Origin: Candidatus Poribacteria bacterium
GTDB lineage: Bacteria; Poribacteria; WGA-4E; WGA-3G
Length of the DNA stretch: 64,000 nucleotides
NCBI GenBank assembly: GCA_965262955.1
Contig: CBDHGE010000001.1
Location: 208,046-272,045 of the forward strand
Direction of reading: 5' to 3'
This document shows positions 47,356-57,038 of this stretch, piece by piece. Numbering within the stretch: the first letter of the stretch is position 1; each line of letters starts with the position of its first letter. Below the pieces are notes generated by a model. It made no database searches and was not told the origin of the DNA. It worked only from the letters and a program-made list of their open reading frames with translations. A program made the position numbers and the translations under genes.

Positions 47356-48306
47356 TTAGTCTGCGGCGAGGTAATCTGCCGGACTTGATTCTTGCCATTG
47401 GAACTGAAGTTCAGCTGTTTCATGCGGCTTAAACGATGTTGCTACGGTTTCTACAGCCGGCCCAACAACGTCAATCTCACTCAGATCTGCAACGCCGTAG
47501 CCCATTTCATTTGCGTAATGAAAAAGCCCAATCTCCAACGGTTCAAATCCCATCGCTTTTGTCGTGACAGCGTCCGCTGCAAAGACATCACCACTCACAA
47601 CTGCGATGCCGAGAGGAACAGAATCAGTCCCACCAGGTCCATTGCCCTGTAATCCAACAGTGCCATCGACGATAGCGATATCGGGCTTAAGGTGGCGTGA
47701 GAGACGAAGTAAGTTGATATTGAGGGTCTGTGCTTCGCGGGGAAGTACCCGGTCAGCGTGACTGTGATAGCCGTGCATTTTAATCCGGTCTTCACTGTGC
47801 AGGGTGCCCATAATCATATTCTTCATAGCAAGCGTCACGACCCCTGCATCATGCGTTTTGGCAATAGCAACAGAGATAGTGCACGGGCAATCCAAGACTA
47901 TCTTAGGCATCCGCACTGTATCTTCATTACGCTCAGCAAGAAAGACCTTAGTTTCTGCCCACTCGGTTTCTTGATGTAAATCGACGAGTCGGATGGGAAG
48001 ATCGTACTCTGCTTGGAGTGCCTCATAGCCGAAAACCTGGAACGCCTCACCAGAAAATTTCTCGTTGGCACCTTCAGCAATAATCACCTCTTTAGGCGGC
48101 TGCGGTGTACTCAGTAGGAAATCAAGTGCCCCACGCATTGCATCCGGATGTGACGAAGCGAGCTGATTCGTACTGGAGAGGAAATTCGGTTTCAACAGCA
48201 CCTGTTCACGGACCTTTGGTGTAAGTTCCTCACGTATATTGTTGAGTGCTTCAAAAACGTTAGAACGTCGCCTGCCGGTTTTGGCAAGCCCAACTTTCGT
48301 ACCCAT
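47356..48306 (-). CDS. DUF362 domain protein.
   Basis: VLLKPNFLSS matches the DUF362 start. Confidence 0.55.
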   Translation of the reverse strand: MGTKVGLAKTGRRRSNVFEALNNIREELTPKVREQVLLKPNFLSSTNQLASSHPDAMRGALDFLLSTPQPPKEVIIAEGANEKFSGEAFQVFGYEALQAEYDLPIRLVDLHQETEWAETKVFLAERNEDTVRMPKIVLDCPCTISVAIAKTHDAGVVTLAMKNMIMGTLHSEDRIKMHGYHSHADRVLPREAQTLNINLLRLSRHLKPDIAIVDGTVGLQGNGPGGTDSVPLGIAVVSGDVFAADAVTTKAMGFEPLEIGLFHYANEMGYGVADLSEIDVVGPAVETVATSFKPHETAELQFQWQESSPADYLAAD

Positions 48307-48355
48307 GGTTGCTCCTTATAAATTGCGCGCTTGAAAACGCGTCTGCAAGGATAGG

Positions 48356-49249
48356 TTAATGTTCTTTATCAAGAATCGCTCTCAGAAATCCAGCGTGTCT
48401 TTCCAATAATGCGTTTGCGTCTGTCGAACTTAACCCTTCTGAGAGCATTACAATGGCTAACTTTGCGCGTCCGCCTGCCTGCGCTAAGGCTGCTTCGGCT
48501 ACTGCAGTATTAACGCCAGTAACGGCTTGAACGATTCGGATACTCCGAGCGACCAATTTCGCGTTAGAAGCGTGGACGTCTACCATTAGATTGTCATAGA
48601 CCTTGCCCAATTTTATCATAGAGACAGTCGTCAACATGTTCAAGACCAGTTTCGTCGCTGTCCCCGCTTTTAATCGGGTTGAACCCGCAATGATCTCTGG
48701 ACCGACAATCGGCGTGATGAAATGCGTCACCCATTCCTTAAGTTGCTCAGGGGGTTGGACACAACAGAGAAATATCGTTGTTGCCCCAATAGTATGCGCT
48801 TCCTTCAAAGCCCCTATGACATAAGGTGTTCGCCCACTACTCGCAATTCCGACGAGGACATCTTGTGGTGTGAGTTGCCGTTCTCGGATGGCTTGTGCGC
48901 CTCGATCGGGTTTGTCCTCCTCGCCTTCTATGGAACGACGTAAGGCAACATCACCACCGGCTATAATTCCTTGTACCATTTCAGGAGGCGTACTAAAGGT
49001 TGGTGGACACTCGGATGCATCTAACACCCCAAGCCTACCACTTGTGCCTGCGCCTACATAAAACAGTCTACCACCAGCACGAAACGCATCAACACACAAG
49101 TCAATAGCATGTGCGATTGCATCGGACTCTGCTTCTACTGCAGCGACTGCATCTCGGTCTCCTTCGTGAAAAATCTGAACGATTTCTGAAGTTGACTTTA
49201 GATCAATGCCGATAGAATTCAGATTTCGTTGTTCTGTGCTGGACTGCAT
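48356..49249 (-). CDS. murQ: N-acetylmuramic acid 6-phosphate etherase.
   Basis: The SIS domain contains GGRLFYVGAGTSGRLGVLDASECPPTF. Confidence 0.85.
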   Translation of the reverse strand: MQSSTEQRNLNSIGIDLKSTSEIVQIFHEGDRDAVAAVEAESDAIAHAIDLCVDAFRAGGRLFYVGAGTSGRLGVLDASECPPTFSTPPEMVQGIIAGGDVALRRSIEGEEDKPDRGAQAIRERQLTPQDVLVGIASSGRTPYVIGALKEAHTIGATTIFLCCVQPPEQLKEWVTHFITPIVGPEIIAGSTRLKAGTATKLVLNMLTTVSMIKLGKVYDNLMVDVHASNAKLVARSIRIVQAVTGVNTAVAEAALAQAGGRAKLAIVMLSEGLSSTDANALLERHAGFLRAILDKEH

Positions 49250-49276
49250 GCATTCCTTTGTTGATAGAATGTCCGA

Positions 49277-50197
49277 CTACAATTTCGCTTGTGCTAATAA
49301 CACTGCCCCATAAGCAGGTTCATGTTTTGGGAGTAGCACTGACGCTTCTGGTTGAATCTCTGCCAACCGGTGGCGGAGCAAACTCGCAAACATCGGTTGA
49401 TGGACGAGGTTCCCACCACTGAGAACAACATCAAATGGTGCATCAAATTTTAACTGTCCAATCACACTACCTGCGGCACAGACAAGCTCATCGGCAGCGT
49501 CCTCAACAATCCCTTCTGCGACAGTGTCCCCTGCCATAGCAGTGTCAAATATGATCGCTGCCAACTGCGCAATAGTATCCCGGCTTGCAGCATGTACCCA
49601 GCGAATTAACGCATTCGGCTCATTCAACTCAAGCTTCGTGAGAATTCGGTTTGTCAATGCCGTTGGATCACCTCTACCATCCGCAGCACGAACGATGGCT
49701 CGGAGTCCTTGTATAGCAATATCGTAGCCGCTGCCTTCATCTCCAAGCAGATATCCCCAACCACTCGCACGTGCTTCCTTGCCGTCAGCATTGATCCCGT
49801 AAACGATAGCACCGGTCCCAGAAATGATGATCACACCTTCCTGCTTCGCAGTGCCTCCAACGAGCGCGATGTGTGCATCATGGGTTAGGATACGCCGAAT
49901 CCCATTACTAAACTCAGGGATGCCAAGATCATCACAAATCTGTCCAATTACCTTTTGATCCGCGGCGCGTCCCAAGCCTGCCATTCCCAAACAGAACTGG
50001 ATAGGACTTGATCTTGAAATACCTGCTTTTTCACATAGCCCTTCAACGACGCTTTCCAGAACCGATTGCGTCTGTGTTTCGCCAACAACATGATAGTTTG
50101 CAGGTCCAGATTGTACTTCGGCGATGTGTTGTCCCGTTTCTGTTGTCAAGATACCAACGGTTTTTGTCCCGCCGCCATCAATTCCAATGATGTACAT
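49277..50197 (-). CDS. BadF/BadG/BcrA/BcrD-type ATPase (GlcNAc/MurNAc kinase-like).
   Basis: The ASKHA fold start is MYIIGIDGGGTKTV. It is adjacent to murQ. Confidence 0.75.
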   Translation of the reverse strand: MYIIGIDGGGTKTVGILTTETGQHIAEVQSGPANYHVVGETQTQSVLESVVEGLCEKAGISRSSPIQFCLGMAGLGRAADQKVIGQICDDLGIPEFSNGIRRILTHDAHIALVGGTAKQEGVIIISGTGAIVYGINADGKEARASGWGYLLGDEGSGYDIAIQGLRAIVRAADGRGDPTALTNRILTKLELNEPNALIRWVHAASRDTIAQLAAIIFDTAMAGDTVAEGIVEDAADELVCAAGSVIGQLKFDAPFDVVLSGGNLVHQPMFASLLRHRLAEIQPEASVLLPKHEPAYGAVLLAQAKL

Positions 50198-50321
50198 AAT
50201 ACGCCAATCAACACCCTTATAAGCACTTGACAATTCACCGCAGATCCTCTATAATAATTATAATTTATCACGACTTAGAAATAGATGCAAATAAAAATTT
50301 TGTTTCAAAAAGGGACCTGCA

Positions 50322-51260
50322 ATGCAGAAAAAAAATTACCTCACGCTAATCCTATTATGTGGAAGTCTCGTGTATTTCGGTTGCTCCGAAGACACATCAC
50401 AATTTGAGTGGCGACAGATTGAGAGTGGCACAAACACACATCTTTACGGCGTCCATTTTGTTGATGCCAAACACGGTTGGGCAGTCGGTGCTGCAGGCAC
50501 GGTCCTGTCTACTGCCGATAGCGGAACGACTTGGACAGCCTCCTCTGTCTCTAAAGATACACTAACGCAGGTTAATTTCACGACCCAAAATAATGGTTGG
50601 CTTGCGACCATCGGACAAGTGCATTACACTGCAAGCGGTGGTGCTACGTGGAATGTCCAACACCAGATACGTAGTCAAAGTAAGCCTCCAGGTATCTTGG
50701 ACCTTCATTTCGTTAGCAAAACAGAAGGTTGGGCAGTCGGCGGAAAAGGGACAATTCTTTGGACAGAAAACGGTGGCGGACATTGGGAAAACGTGCAAGA
50801 TCTTTCAGATAAACACCTATGGGGTGTCCACTTTGTCGATCCAGAGCACGGCTGGATCGTTGGTGAAGAAGGCGAGGTGCTTCACACCCAAGATAGGGGA
50901 AAACGCTGGGTTCGTCAGAGAAGCAATGCCGAACAGCCATTACTCGCTGTCTATTTCGTAAATCCCACGCACGGATGGATTGTAGGGACAAATGGCTTGA
51001 TCCTCCACACAACTGATGGCGGAAGAATATGGCTTCGGCAGAAAAGTCCTGTTAATCAAAGCTTACGAGATGTCGCGTTTCACGATGAGAAACGCGGCTG
51101 GGCAATCGGCGAAAAAGGATTAATCCTTCATACAATCGATGGCGGTAACCTATGGAACCGCTATCCCTCACCAGCACAATATAACTTGCAGGACATTTAC
51201 CTCAACAAAAACACCGGTTGGATCGTTGGTGCGAAAGGAACCGTTCTACGAAGTTATTAG
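50322..51260 (+). CDS. Lipoprotein with Ycf48/BNR-like beta-propeller repeats.
   Basis: The lipobox is YFGCSE. GW.VG..GT.L.T.DGG..W repeats occur about 6 times. Confidence 0.6.
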   Translation: MQKKNYLTLILLCGSLVYFGCSEDTSQFEWRQIESGTNTHLYGVHFVDAKHGWAVGAAGTVLSTADSGTTWTASSVSKDTLTQVNFTTQNNGWLATIGQVHYTASGGATWNVQHQIRSQSKPPGILDLHFVSKTEGWAVGGKGTILWTENGGGHWENVQDLSDKHLWGVHFVDPEHGWIVGEEGEVLHTQDRGKRWVRQRSNAEQPLLAVYFVNPTHGWIVGTNGLILHTTDGGRIWLRQKSPVNQSLRDVAFHDEKRGWAIGEKGLILHTIDGGNLWNRYPSPAQYNLQDIYLNKNTGWIVGAKGTVLRSY

Positions 51261-51270
51261 AATTCAAGCC

Positions 51271-51642
51271 CTAATGAATTTTTATTAGCCAGATAGATAA
51301 ACAGAGGATAATCCCACCAATAACGATTAAATTTTGGGTTACAGGTGAACGACGGTTCCATGTGTGCTTTAACCACATCGGGAAGAATGCCACTGAAACA
51401 GCCAATCCAACGAGTAAAAAAGAGAACGGATGGTAGTCCCACGCAGCACCGAATTTTCCCTGAACTAAAGCGAGGCACGCCCGTGTCATACCACATCCCG
51501 GACATACCAGATCTGTCAACGAATGAAATATACACGGAATCAACGAAACCTCTCTGACGGACATTTCAGACATTGCAGTATAAAGCCCTACCCCACCTAA
51601 TCCAATAAGAAATAGGCGAGCGAGAAACGTATGGTTAAACAT
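51271..51642 (-). CDS. DUF2752 membrane protein.
   Basis: The CPGCGMTRA motif is present. The start is probably an internal Met (MFNH at 51642). The track ORF extends to 51705 and overlaps the upstream gene. Confidence 0.55.
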   Translation of the reverse strand: MFNHTFLARLFLIGLGGVGLYTAMSEMSVREVSLIPCIFHSLTDLVCPGCGMTRACLALVQGKFGAAWDYHPFSFLLVGLAVSVAFFPMWLKHTWNRRSPVTQNLIVIGGIILCLSIWLIKIH

Positions 51643-52033
51643 TCGGACCTCGTTCATAGAGTCTGTTAATTTGGTGCTGCTGAACAGCAAGTGAAGCAAT
51701 ACCAAAACCGAAAATTGCTAACAAAACACAGATGACTGGTAGACTTGAATCGAAGACCAGATCATTATCAGCTTGGACTGTATTAATGCCGCTCGCCATT
51801 TTGTACTCGTAGTAGATACCAAAGATACCGCAAGTGATAATTGACAGAAAAAACCAGAGCCAAAAAGAATACTCACTTCTCTTCAACCAAGCGTTAAGCG
51901 TTGCCATTTGTTTGTATTGCCAATAAATCCCATAAATACCACAAGTTATTAGGGTTAGCAAAATTCCAACCACAAGATTTCGCCTACCTTCGGATTCTGG
52001 ATAAGGGTATTGATTAATCATAAAACTCTCCAT
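51635..52033 (-). CDS. DUF4234-like small membrane protein.
   Basis: The CGI[YF]GIY[WY].YK motif occurs twice. Confidence 0.45.
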   Translation of the reverse strand: MESFMINQYPYPESEGRRNLVVGILLTLITCGIYGIYWQYKQMATLNAWLKRSEYSFWLWFFLSIITCGIFGIYYEYKMASGINTVQADNDLVFDSSLPVICVLLAIFGFGIASLAVQQHQINRLYERGPNV

Positions 52034-52063
52034 CCTGCAAGAGCATCTAACACTTGTCAGGCA

Positions 52064-53113
52064 CTATTCGCGCGGAAGCGAAACTGTATTAGGGACAACA
52101 ATCTCGCCAGAAATGATTTTTGTCCTTAGCGATTCGACAGTCCCTATGATATTGTCCGAAAGCAACGGTTGATTGTGTTCATCAAGGGCATAACTGACCC
52201 CGCCATCCTCAAGTCCGAAGTATCGAACCCCTGCCATAAATTCGTTTTCAACTGATTCACCGACAATTCTCAGCACAGAAGCCGGAATCTCTTTTGTCAT
52301 ACTTGTCAAGACGAGTCCTGGAGCAAGATGGTTACCATTGGAGTCAACCCAAATGATAAACTGTTGTTGTTCCTGTGCTGCTTCGAGTACCCCTTGACCA
52401 GATCCGCCAGCAGCGACATAAATCACATCAATACCGTTTGCATATTGTGCTAAAGCCAGTTCTTTCGCTTTTTCAGGTTGACCGAAACCTGCCGCATCTT
52501 TGCTAATATATTCTACAGTGATTTCCGCGTCTGGATTGACTGCGTGAATCCCTGCAACATAGCCTGCCTCAAATTCATGTAATAGCGGAACATCGGCACC
52601 CCCGATATAGCCGATTTGGTTACTCTCTGATTTTAAACCCGCAATTGCCCCAACCAGAAACGACCCTTCGTTAGATTTATAGTTCACAGAAGCCACATTT
52701 GGAATATCCATTACAACATCAAAAATTGCGAATTTGACATCAGGAAATTCTGGCGCTACACGCGCAAGCACATCTCCCATCTGATAACCCGCCGTCAAAA
52801 CAAGATCTGAATTTTGTGCTGCATCTCTTAGGAGCATCTCTGTAGCCACAGGATCGTTTTCCAGACCGTTCACTTCAGTTAGTGCAATTCCAAGTTCTTT
52901 CTCCGCAGTCCGGACACCGGTATGGAAAGCAGTACAGTAAGCAGCGGAGCCAACACAATCGCTGGGATATATCATAGTTACGCGAAGCGGTGGGGTGTCC
53001 GTTTCGCTTGGAGCCTCAGTTAAGAGCATGTCTTGAACAGCGTCACAACCACAAATTAAAAGCAGTCCTAATAATAAAAAAACGGATTTATGCACGATGT
53101 TAAAATTTTTCAT
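52064..53113 (-). CDS. BMP-family (PnrA-like) ABC transporter substrate-binding lipoprotein.
   Basis: The lipobox is LICGCDA. The pattern is BMP-family. Confidence 0.75.
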   Translation of the reverse strand: MKNFNIVHKSVFLLLGLLLICGCDAVQDMLLTEAPSETDTPPLRVTMIYPSDCVGSAAYCTAFHTGVRTAEKELGIALTEVNGLENDPVATEMLLRDAAQNSDLVLTAGYQMGDVLARVAPEFPDVKFAIFDVVMDIPNVASVNYKSNEGSFLVGAIAGLKSESNQIGYIGGADVPLLHEFEAGYVAGIHAVNPDAEITVEYISKDAAGFGQPEKAKELALAQYANGIDVIYVAAGGSGQGVLEAAQEQQQFIIWVDSNGNHLAPGLVLTSMTKEIPASVLRIVGESVENEFMAGVRYFGLEDGGVSYALDEHNQPLLSDNIIGTVESLRTKIISGEIVVPNTVSLPRE

Positions 53114-53356
53114 GTTTTCTCCTTAAAAAAACTTATTACAAAAGTCTGAAAAATTGTTCATCAATGAATTATAGGGATATTATATTACAAAAACGAGGGA
53201 ATATCAATAAAACAGACGTTATGCCTGTGAAAGAGGAAAGCTAAACAGGGCCGAGCATACTAAAAAACACGGTCATTCCGCACATCTACATTCTGCTTTT
53301 CGCCATCTTGTGTGGTATACTGTTAGGGCTGAACGCTATGACAGAAAGATTAGGCA

Positions 53357-53626
53357 GTGAGGATCATACAAGGAGAGGCAATGAACCAAAAACTCATTGA
53401 ACGTTGGCAGGCAGAATTTGAAACAGCAGATATACAGACAGTTCAACAAATGCTGGCTGAAGCACCGGAACTCGTAAACGTGAAAGTGAACCGGATATCA
53501 CCGCTCCTTAATGCAAGTGTTAGAACCAAAGATCTTGATAAAGTCAAGGCACTTGTAGAGGCAGGTGCGGACGTAAACAACAATGACCTCGGCACACATT
53601 GGGCCCAGCCACGATTACGAGATTAA
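53357..53626 (+). CDS. Ankyrin-repeat protein, N-terminal fragment. It ends where an apparent -1 frameshift occurs.
   Basis: One ANK repeat is ISPLLNASVRTKDLDKVKALVEAGADVNNND. Confidence 0.45.
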   Translation: MRIIQGEAMNQKLIERWQAEFETADIQTVQQMLAEAPELVNVKVNRISPLLNASVRTKDLDKVKALVEAGADVNNNDLGTHWAQPRLRD

Positions 53627-54195
53627 CCGAATATCTCATCAGTCAGGGAACTGACGTCAATCAACCGAGCTATCTTGGGTTTCATGGCGTCGGCGTCACC
53701 AACTTCGATTCCTTTCTGCTCATGATGGAAAACGGATTGGATTCAAATTTCGCATGGCCCTACAACAGTGAAACCTTACTCCATGTGCAATCCCGCCACG
53801 ATGACGATACGCATCTTGCACAAGCCTATATCCTGATTAAAGCAGGCGCAAACGTCAACGCACAAGCACTGAGTGGACTTGATGACGAACCCATCATGGA
53901 TAACGAACATTTCGTTGCATACGGCAAGGAAACACCGCTACATTTCGCCGTCCGGCTGGGTAATCTGCGGATGGTTCGGTTACTGTTAGATCACGGTGCC
54001 GATACGTCACTGAAAACGGTCAGCCGCATGCGTCAACCCAAACAGTTCACCGAATGGACAGATGAAGTTACCTCACTGGTCTGGCCACTACGTGAATTTA
54101 AGAGAGTTGTGTTTCAACCCTATGAAGGAGAGACACCGCTCGACATGGCGTTACGTGAAGGCAACACAAAAATTGTCAACACACTTAAGCGATAA
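53587..54195 (+). CDS. Ankyrin-repeat protein, C-terminal continuation in the -1 frame.
   Basis: ANK repeats include TPLHFAVRLGNLRMVRLLLDHGAD. The frame is open from 53587 and overlaps the upstream fragment at a GGGCCC run. Confidence 0.5.
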   Translation, partial: PRHTLGPATITRLTEYLISQGTDVNQPSYLGFHGVGVTNFDSFLLMMENGLDSNFAWPYNSETLLHVQSRHDDDTHLAQAYILIKAGANVNAQALSGLDDEPIMDNEHFVAYGKETPLHFAVRLGNLRMVRLLLDHGADTSLKTVSRMRQPKQFTEWTDEVTSLVWPLREFKRVVFQPYEGETPLDMALREGNTKIVNTLKR

Positions 54196-54245
54196 ACGAG
54201 GTTCAAGGCTTTCTTTTCATGGGTATCTCCAGCAGCTCAACGATT

Positions 54246-54695
54246 TCACAGAAAACATTGCTCACAAATCTGATACGGGTTGTTAGTATAAACGCGATAA
54301 ACGACCCGACCCGAAAAATCGAGCATATCTTTCATTCGATCATAAATTGCCGGATTTGATATACGTTGCAAAGCCGAATCGCGCGCAATCCACTCTGTTT
54401 CCAGACTCTCGTCGCTTGTACTTAATTCACCACCGACGTAATCTCCCAAGAAACCAAACATCAATTTAGTAGGAGACTTGATGTTTGAGTAAACACCGAC
54501 CAATGACCCAATTGATGTCGTGACGCCAGCCTCCTCTTGAATTTCACGTCTCAATGCTTCAATAAGATTTTCACCCTCTTCGACTTGACCACCCGGAAAC
54601 TCCCACCCACGACGTGGACTTCGTATGAGCAAGATTTTACCGTTGGGATGACTGATCAATCCAGAGACAGCAACGATGTGTTTCGGATGATTCAC
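54246..54695 (-). CDS. NUDIX hydrolase.
   Basis: The Nudix box is GGQVEEGENLIEALRREIQEEAGV. Confidence 0.85.
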   Translation of the reverse strand: MNHPKHIVAVSGLISHPNGKILLIRSPRRGWEFPGGQVEEGENLIEALRREIQEEAGVTTSIGSLVGVYSNIKSPTKLMFGFLGDYVGGELSTSDESLETEWIARDSALQRISNPAIYDRMKDMLDFSGRVVYRVYTNNPYQICEQCFL

Positions 54696-54758
54696 CTAAC
54701 CCCTCACTTTTGCTTACGCTATCATAATTTACCTTACCAAACGCAGCACATTTATAGG

Positions 54759-56378
54759 CTACACACCTATAGCATATCCATCGCGCCGTGGGTCAGCACC
54801 ACCCATGAAACTTCCTTCTTCGGGATCAAAGGCGATACCGTGACCGCCTCCTACAGTTGCTGTCCAATCGGGCAACACCTCTACCTCATGCCCACGTGCT
54901 TCCAACGCTGCACGGACTGCTACTGGAATACGTCCCTCCATACTCACATGCGTCCCGGGATTAATCAATCGAACGCGCGGTGCTTCAATCGCTGCTTGGA
55001 CGTTCATCCCGTGTTCAATTAGATTCAACACCATCTGCAACGTTGTCTGGAGGATGCCATGGCTTCCCGGCGTACCGATCGCAGCAAAGGGATTTCCACC
55101 TTTCCAGACTTGGCACGGCGACATGCACATCTCTATCCGCTTATGCGGTCCAACAGCATTCGGACTCTCTGGAATTCTATCGAACCAATTCATGAAATTG
55201 TTGAGGAACATTCCTGTCGAACCGAGGATTACCCCCGAACCGAAGGGCTGACCGAGACTCTGTGTCACCGCGACGACATTGCCCTCCGCATCAGCAGTGT
55301 CAAAGTGGGTTGTACATTCAGTTGTCCAATCGTCAGCGACGATCTCACCGGGGAGCTTGTCCTTTGACCAGCGTTCACCACCACTGACCGCTGCTTGCTC
55401 GCCGATGCGCTCGCGTAGTGAACGCGCATAATCCTTCGACAGCAAACGTTCGATGGGTGGATTCGGACGCGGGGCATATTCAGCTCTATCTGCACTCGCC
55501 AGCTTAATCGCTTCAATCAATAAATGTAGGTATTCGGGAGTATTGTGTCCGAGTTCACCTAAAGCATCGTTTTCTAAAATATTCAGTGTTTCCAGATACT
55601 GAAAACCTGAACACGGCGGCGGTGGACAGTAGACTTCGTAATCCCTGTAGGTAACAGAGAGTGGATCCTGCCACAATACCTCAAAATCAGTTAAATCCTT
55701 TTCAGTTATTAACCCGTCGGTTTCTTCAGAAAAACGGACAATTTCTTTGGCAATGTCGCCGCGATAGAACGCCTCTGCGCCGCCTTCCGCAACCGTACGG
55801 AACGTTTGGGCGAGATCCTTCTGCACCAAAACCTCACCCGGGTGCGGCGTTCTACCGCGTGAGGCGACGACCTCTGCAGCCCTTTCCGAAAAATAGTGGT
55901 AGGCACCCTCCATAAATTCCGCATTCTTGACGGTGACGGCGTATCCATTTTCTGCCAATTCAATCGCTGGGGCAAAGACATCGGCGCGAGACATGCTCCC
56001 ATAGCGATCCAGTGCAGCCAACCATCCGCCGCAGCCACCAGGAACCATACCCGCACGAATGCCAATCTGCTGACTTTCGAGCGTCGGATAGACATCCAGC
56101 GTCGCCGCGTAAGGGGCAGTGCCCAGATAATCTATCACGCGGTGTGTTTTTTCCTTTGCGCTATAGAGTAACATATACCCATTGCCAGCAATACCCGACA
56201 TATAAGGCTCAACGACGTTGAGCGTTGAGGCCACCGCGACTGCTGCGTCAAACGCATTGCCTCCAGCAAGCAGCATGCGTGCGCCAGCAAGACTTGCAAG
56301 CGGGTGAGCACTCGTCGCCATTCCGCGCGTCCCTGTTACAGTAGATCGGTGTGTTGTGCCGTGTGATGGAAAAGCCAT
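54759..56378 (-). CDS. ggt: Gamma-glutamyltranspeptidase, second paralog.
   Basis: It is collinear with the first GGT. The nucleophile region is TTHFDTADAEGNVV. Confidence 0.9.
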   Translation of the reverse strand: MAFPSHGTTHRSTVTGTRGMATSAHPLASLAGARMLLAGGNAFDAAVAVASTLNVVEPYMSGIAGNGYMLLYSAKEKTHRVIDYLGTAPYAATLDVYPTLESQQIGIRAGMVPGGCGGWLAALDRYGSMSRADVFAPAIELAENGYAVTVKNAEFMEGAYHYFSERAAEVVASRGRTPHPGEVLVQKDLAQTFRTVAEGGAEAFYRGDIAKEIVRFSEETDGLITEKDLTDFEVLWQDPLSVTYRDYEVYCPPPPCSGFQYLETLNILENDALGELGHNTPEYLHLLIEAIKLASADRAEYAPRPNPPIERLLSKDYARSLRERIGEQAAVSGGERWSKDKLPGEIVADDWTTECTTHFDTADAEGNVVAVTQSLGQPFGSGVILGSTGMFLNNFMNWFDRIPESPNAVGPHKRIEMCMSPCQVWKGGNPFAAIGTPGSHGILQTTLQMVLNLIEHGMNVQAAIEAPRVRLINPGTHVSMEGRIPVAVRAALEARGHEVEVLPDWTATVGGGHGIAFDPEEGSFMGGADPRRDGYAIGV

Positions 56379-56408
56379 GCCTACCTCCCTTTTTTTCTAC
56401 AGCAAGTT

Positions 56409-56681
56409 TTAGCTTACAAGCTTCGCTAAAAGTGTCCAAAACCGGTGCCATTGCAATTGCCACACCAACTTTCTTCGGGCAACGCGATGAATAAAAAGTT
56501 GTTTTCCATCCATCTCAAGCACCGGAATCATAAGTTTATATTTTGTGAACAGTCCTAAATTCTGTGTGATGTCAATTTCCTCTATCGCAATAAACGATGT
56601 CTTCGCTTCGATGCTTTGCAGCACTGCCTTTGCCTCGTCACAGAGCGGGCAATCTGGTTTCGTATAGAACTGGAGTTGCAT
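56409..56681 (-). CDS. Glutaredoxin-like (DUF836-type) small thiol-disulfide protein.
   Basis: The CPLC motif lies in LQFYTKPDCPLCDEAK. The likely start is MQLQFY. Confidence 0.55.
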   Translation of the reverse strand: MQLQFYTKPDCPLCDEAKAVLQSIEAKTSFIAIEEIDITQNLGLFTKYKLMIPVLEMDGKQLFIHRVARRKLVWQLQWHRFWTLLAKLVS

Positions 56682-56835
56682 CGGTTCAGTTTTCAATAGA
56701 ATCGCCAAAGGAAAATAAGAGATAATATCGGAAAATCGATACTTTAGAGTTTAGCACAAGTCGCCAAAAATCTCACTCACTTTTTACTAAGGTCACTTAG
56801 TATAAGAACCAGGCTTACGGTTGCGAAAGTCCTTT

Positions 56836-56930
56836 TTCCAGACGCCCGAACTTGTTCGGGACGGTGGTTGTTCCCCCGAACAAGTTCGGGCATCCAGATG
56901 TAAATTATTGGATAACTGAACGATCCTGAC
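56836..56930 (+). repeat. Intergenic repeat element, copy B. It contains the inverted 16-mers CCCGAACTTGTTCGGG and CCCGAACAAGTTCGGG, which can form a long hairpin.
   Basis: Directly visible. It is homologous to 13686-13775. Confidence 0.6.
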
Positions 56931-57038
56931 TTTTTACGTGAGTCAATAGAAATTCTATGATAGAATCATGTTAGATTTCACCCAATGTTTTTAGCAATCA
57001 CAGGTTTCAAAGGTAATACTATCTAAGGAGAACAATAC

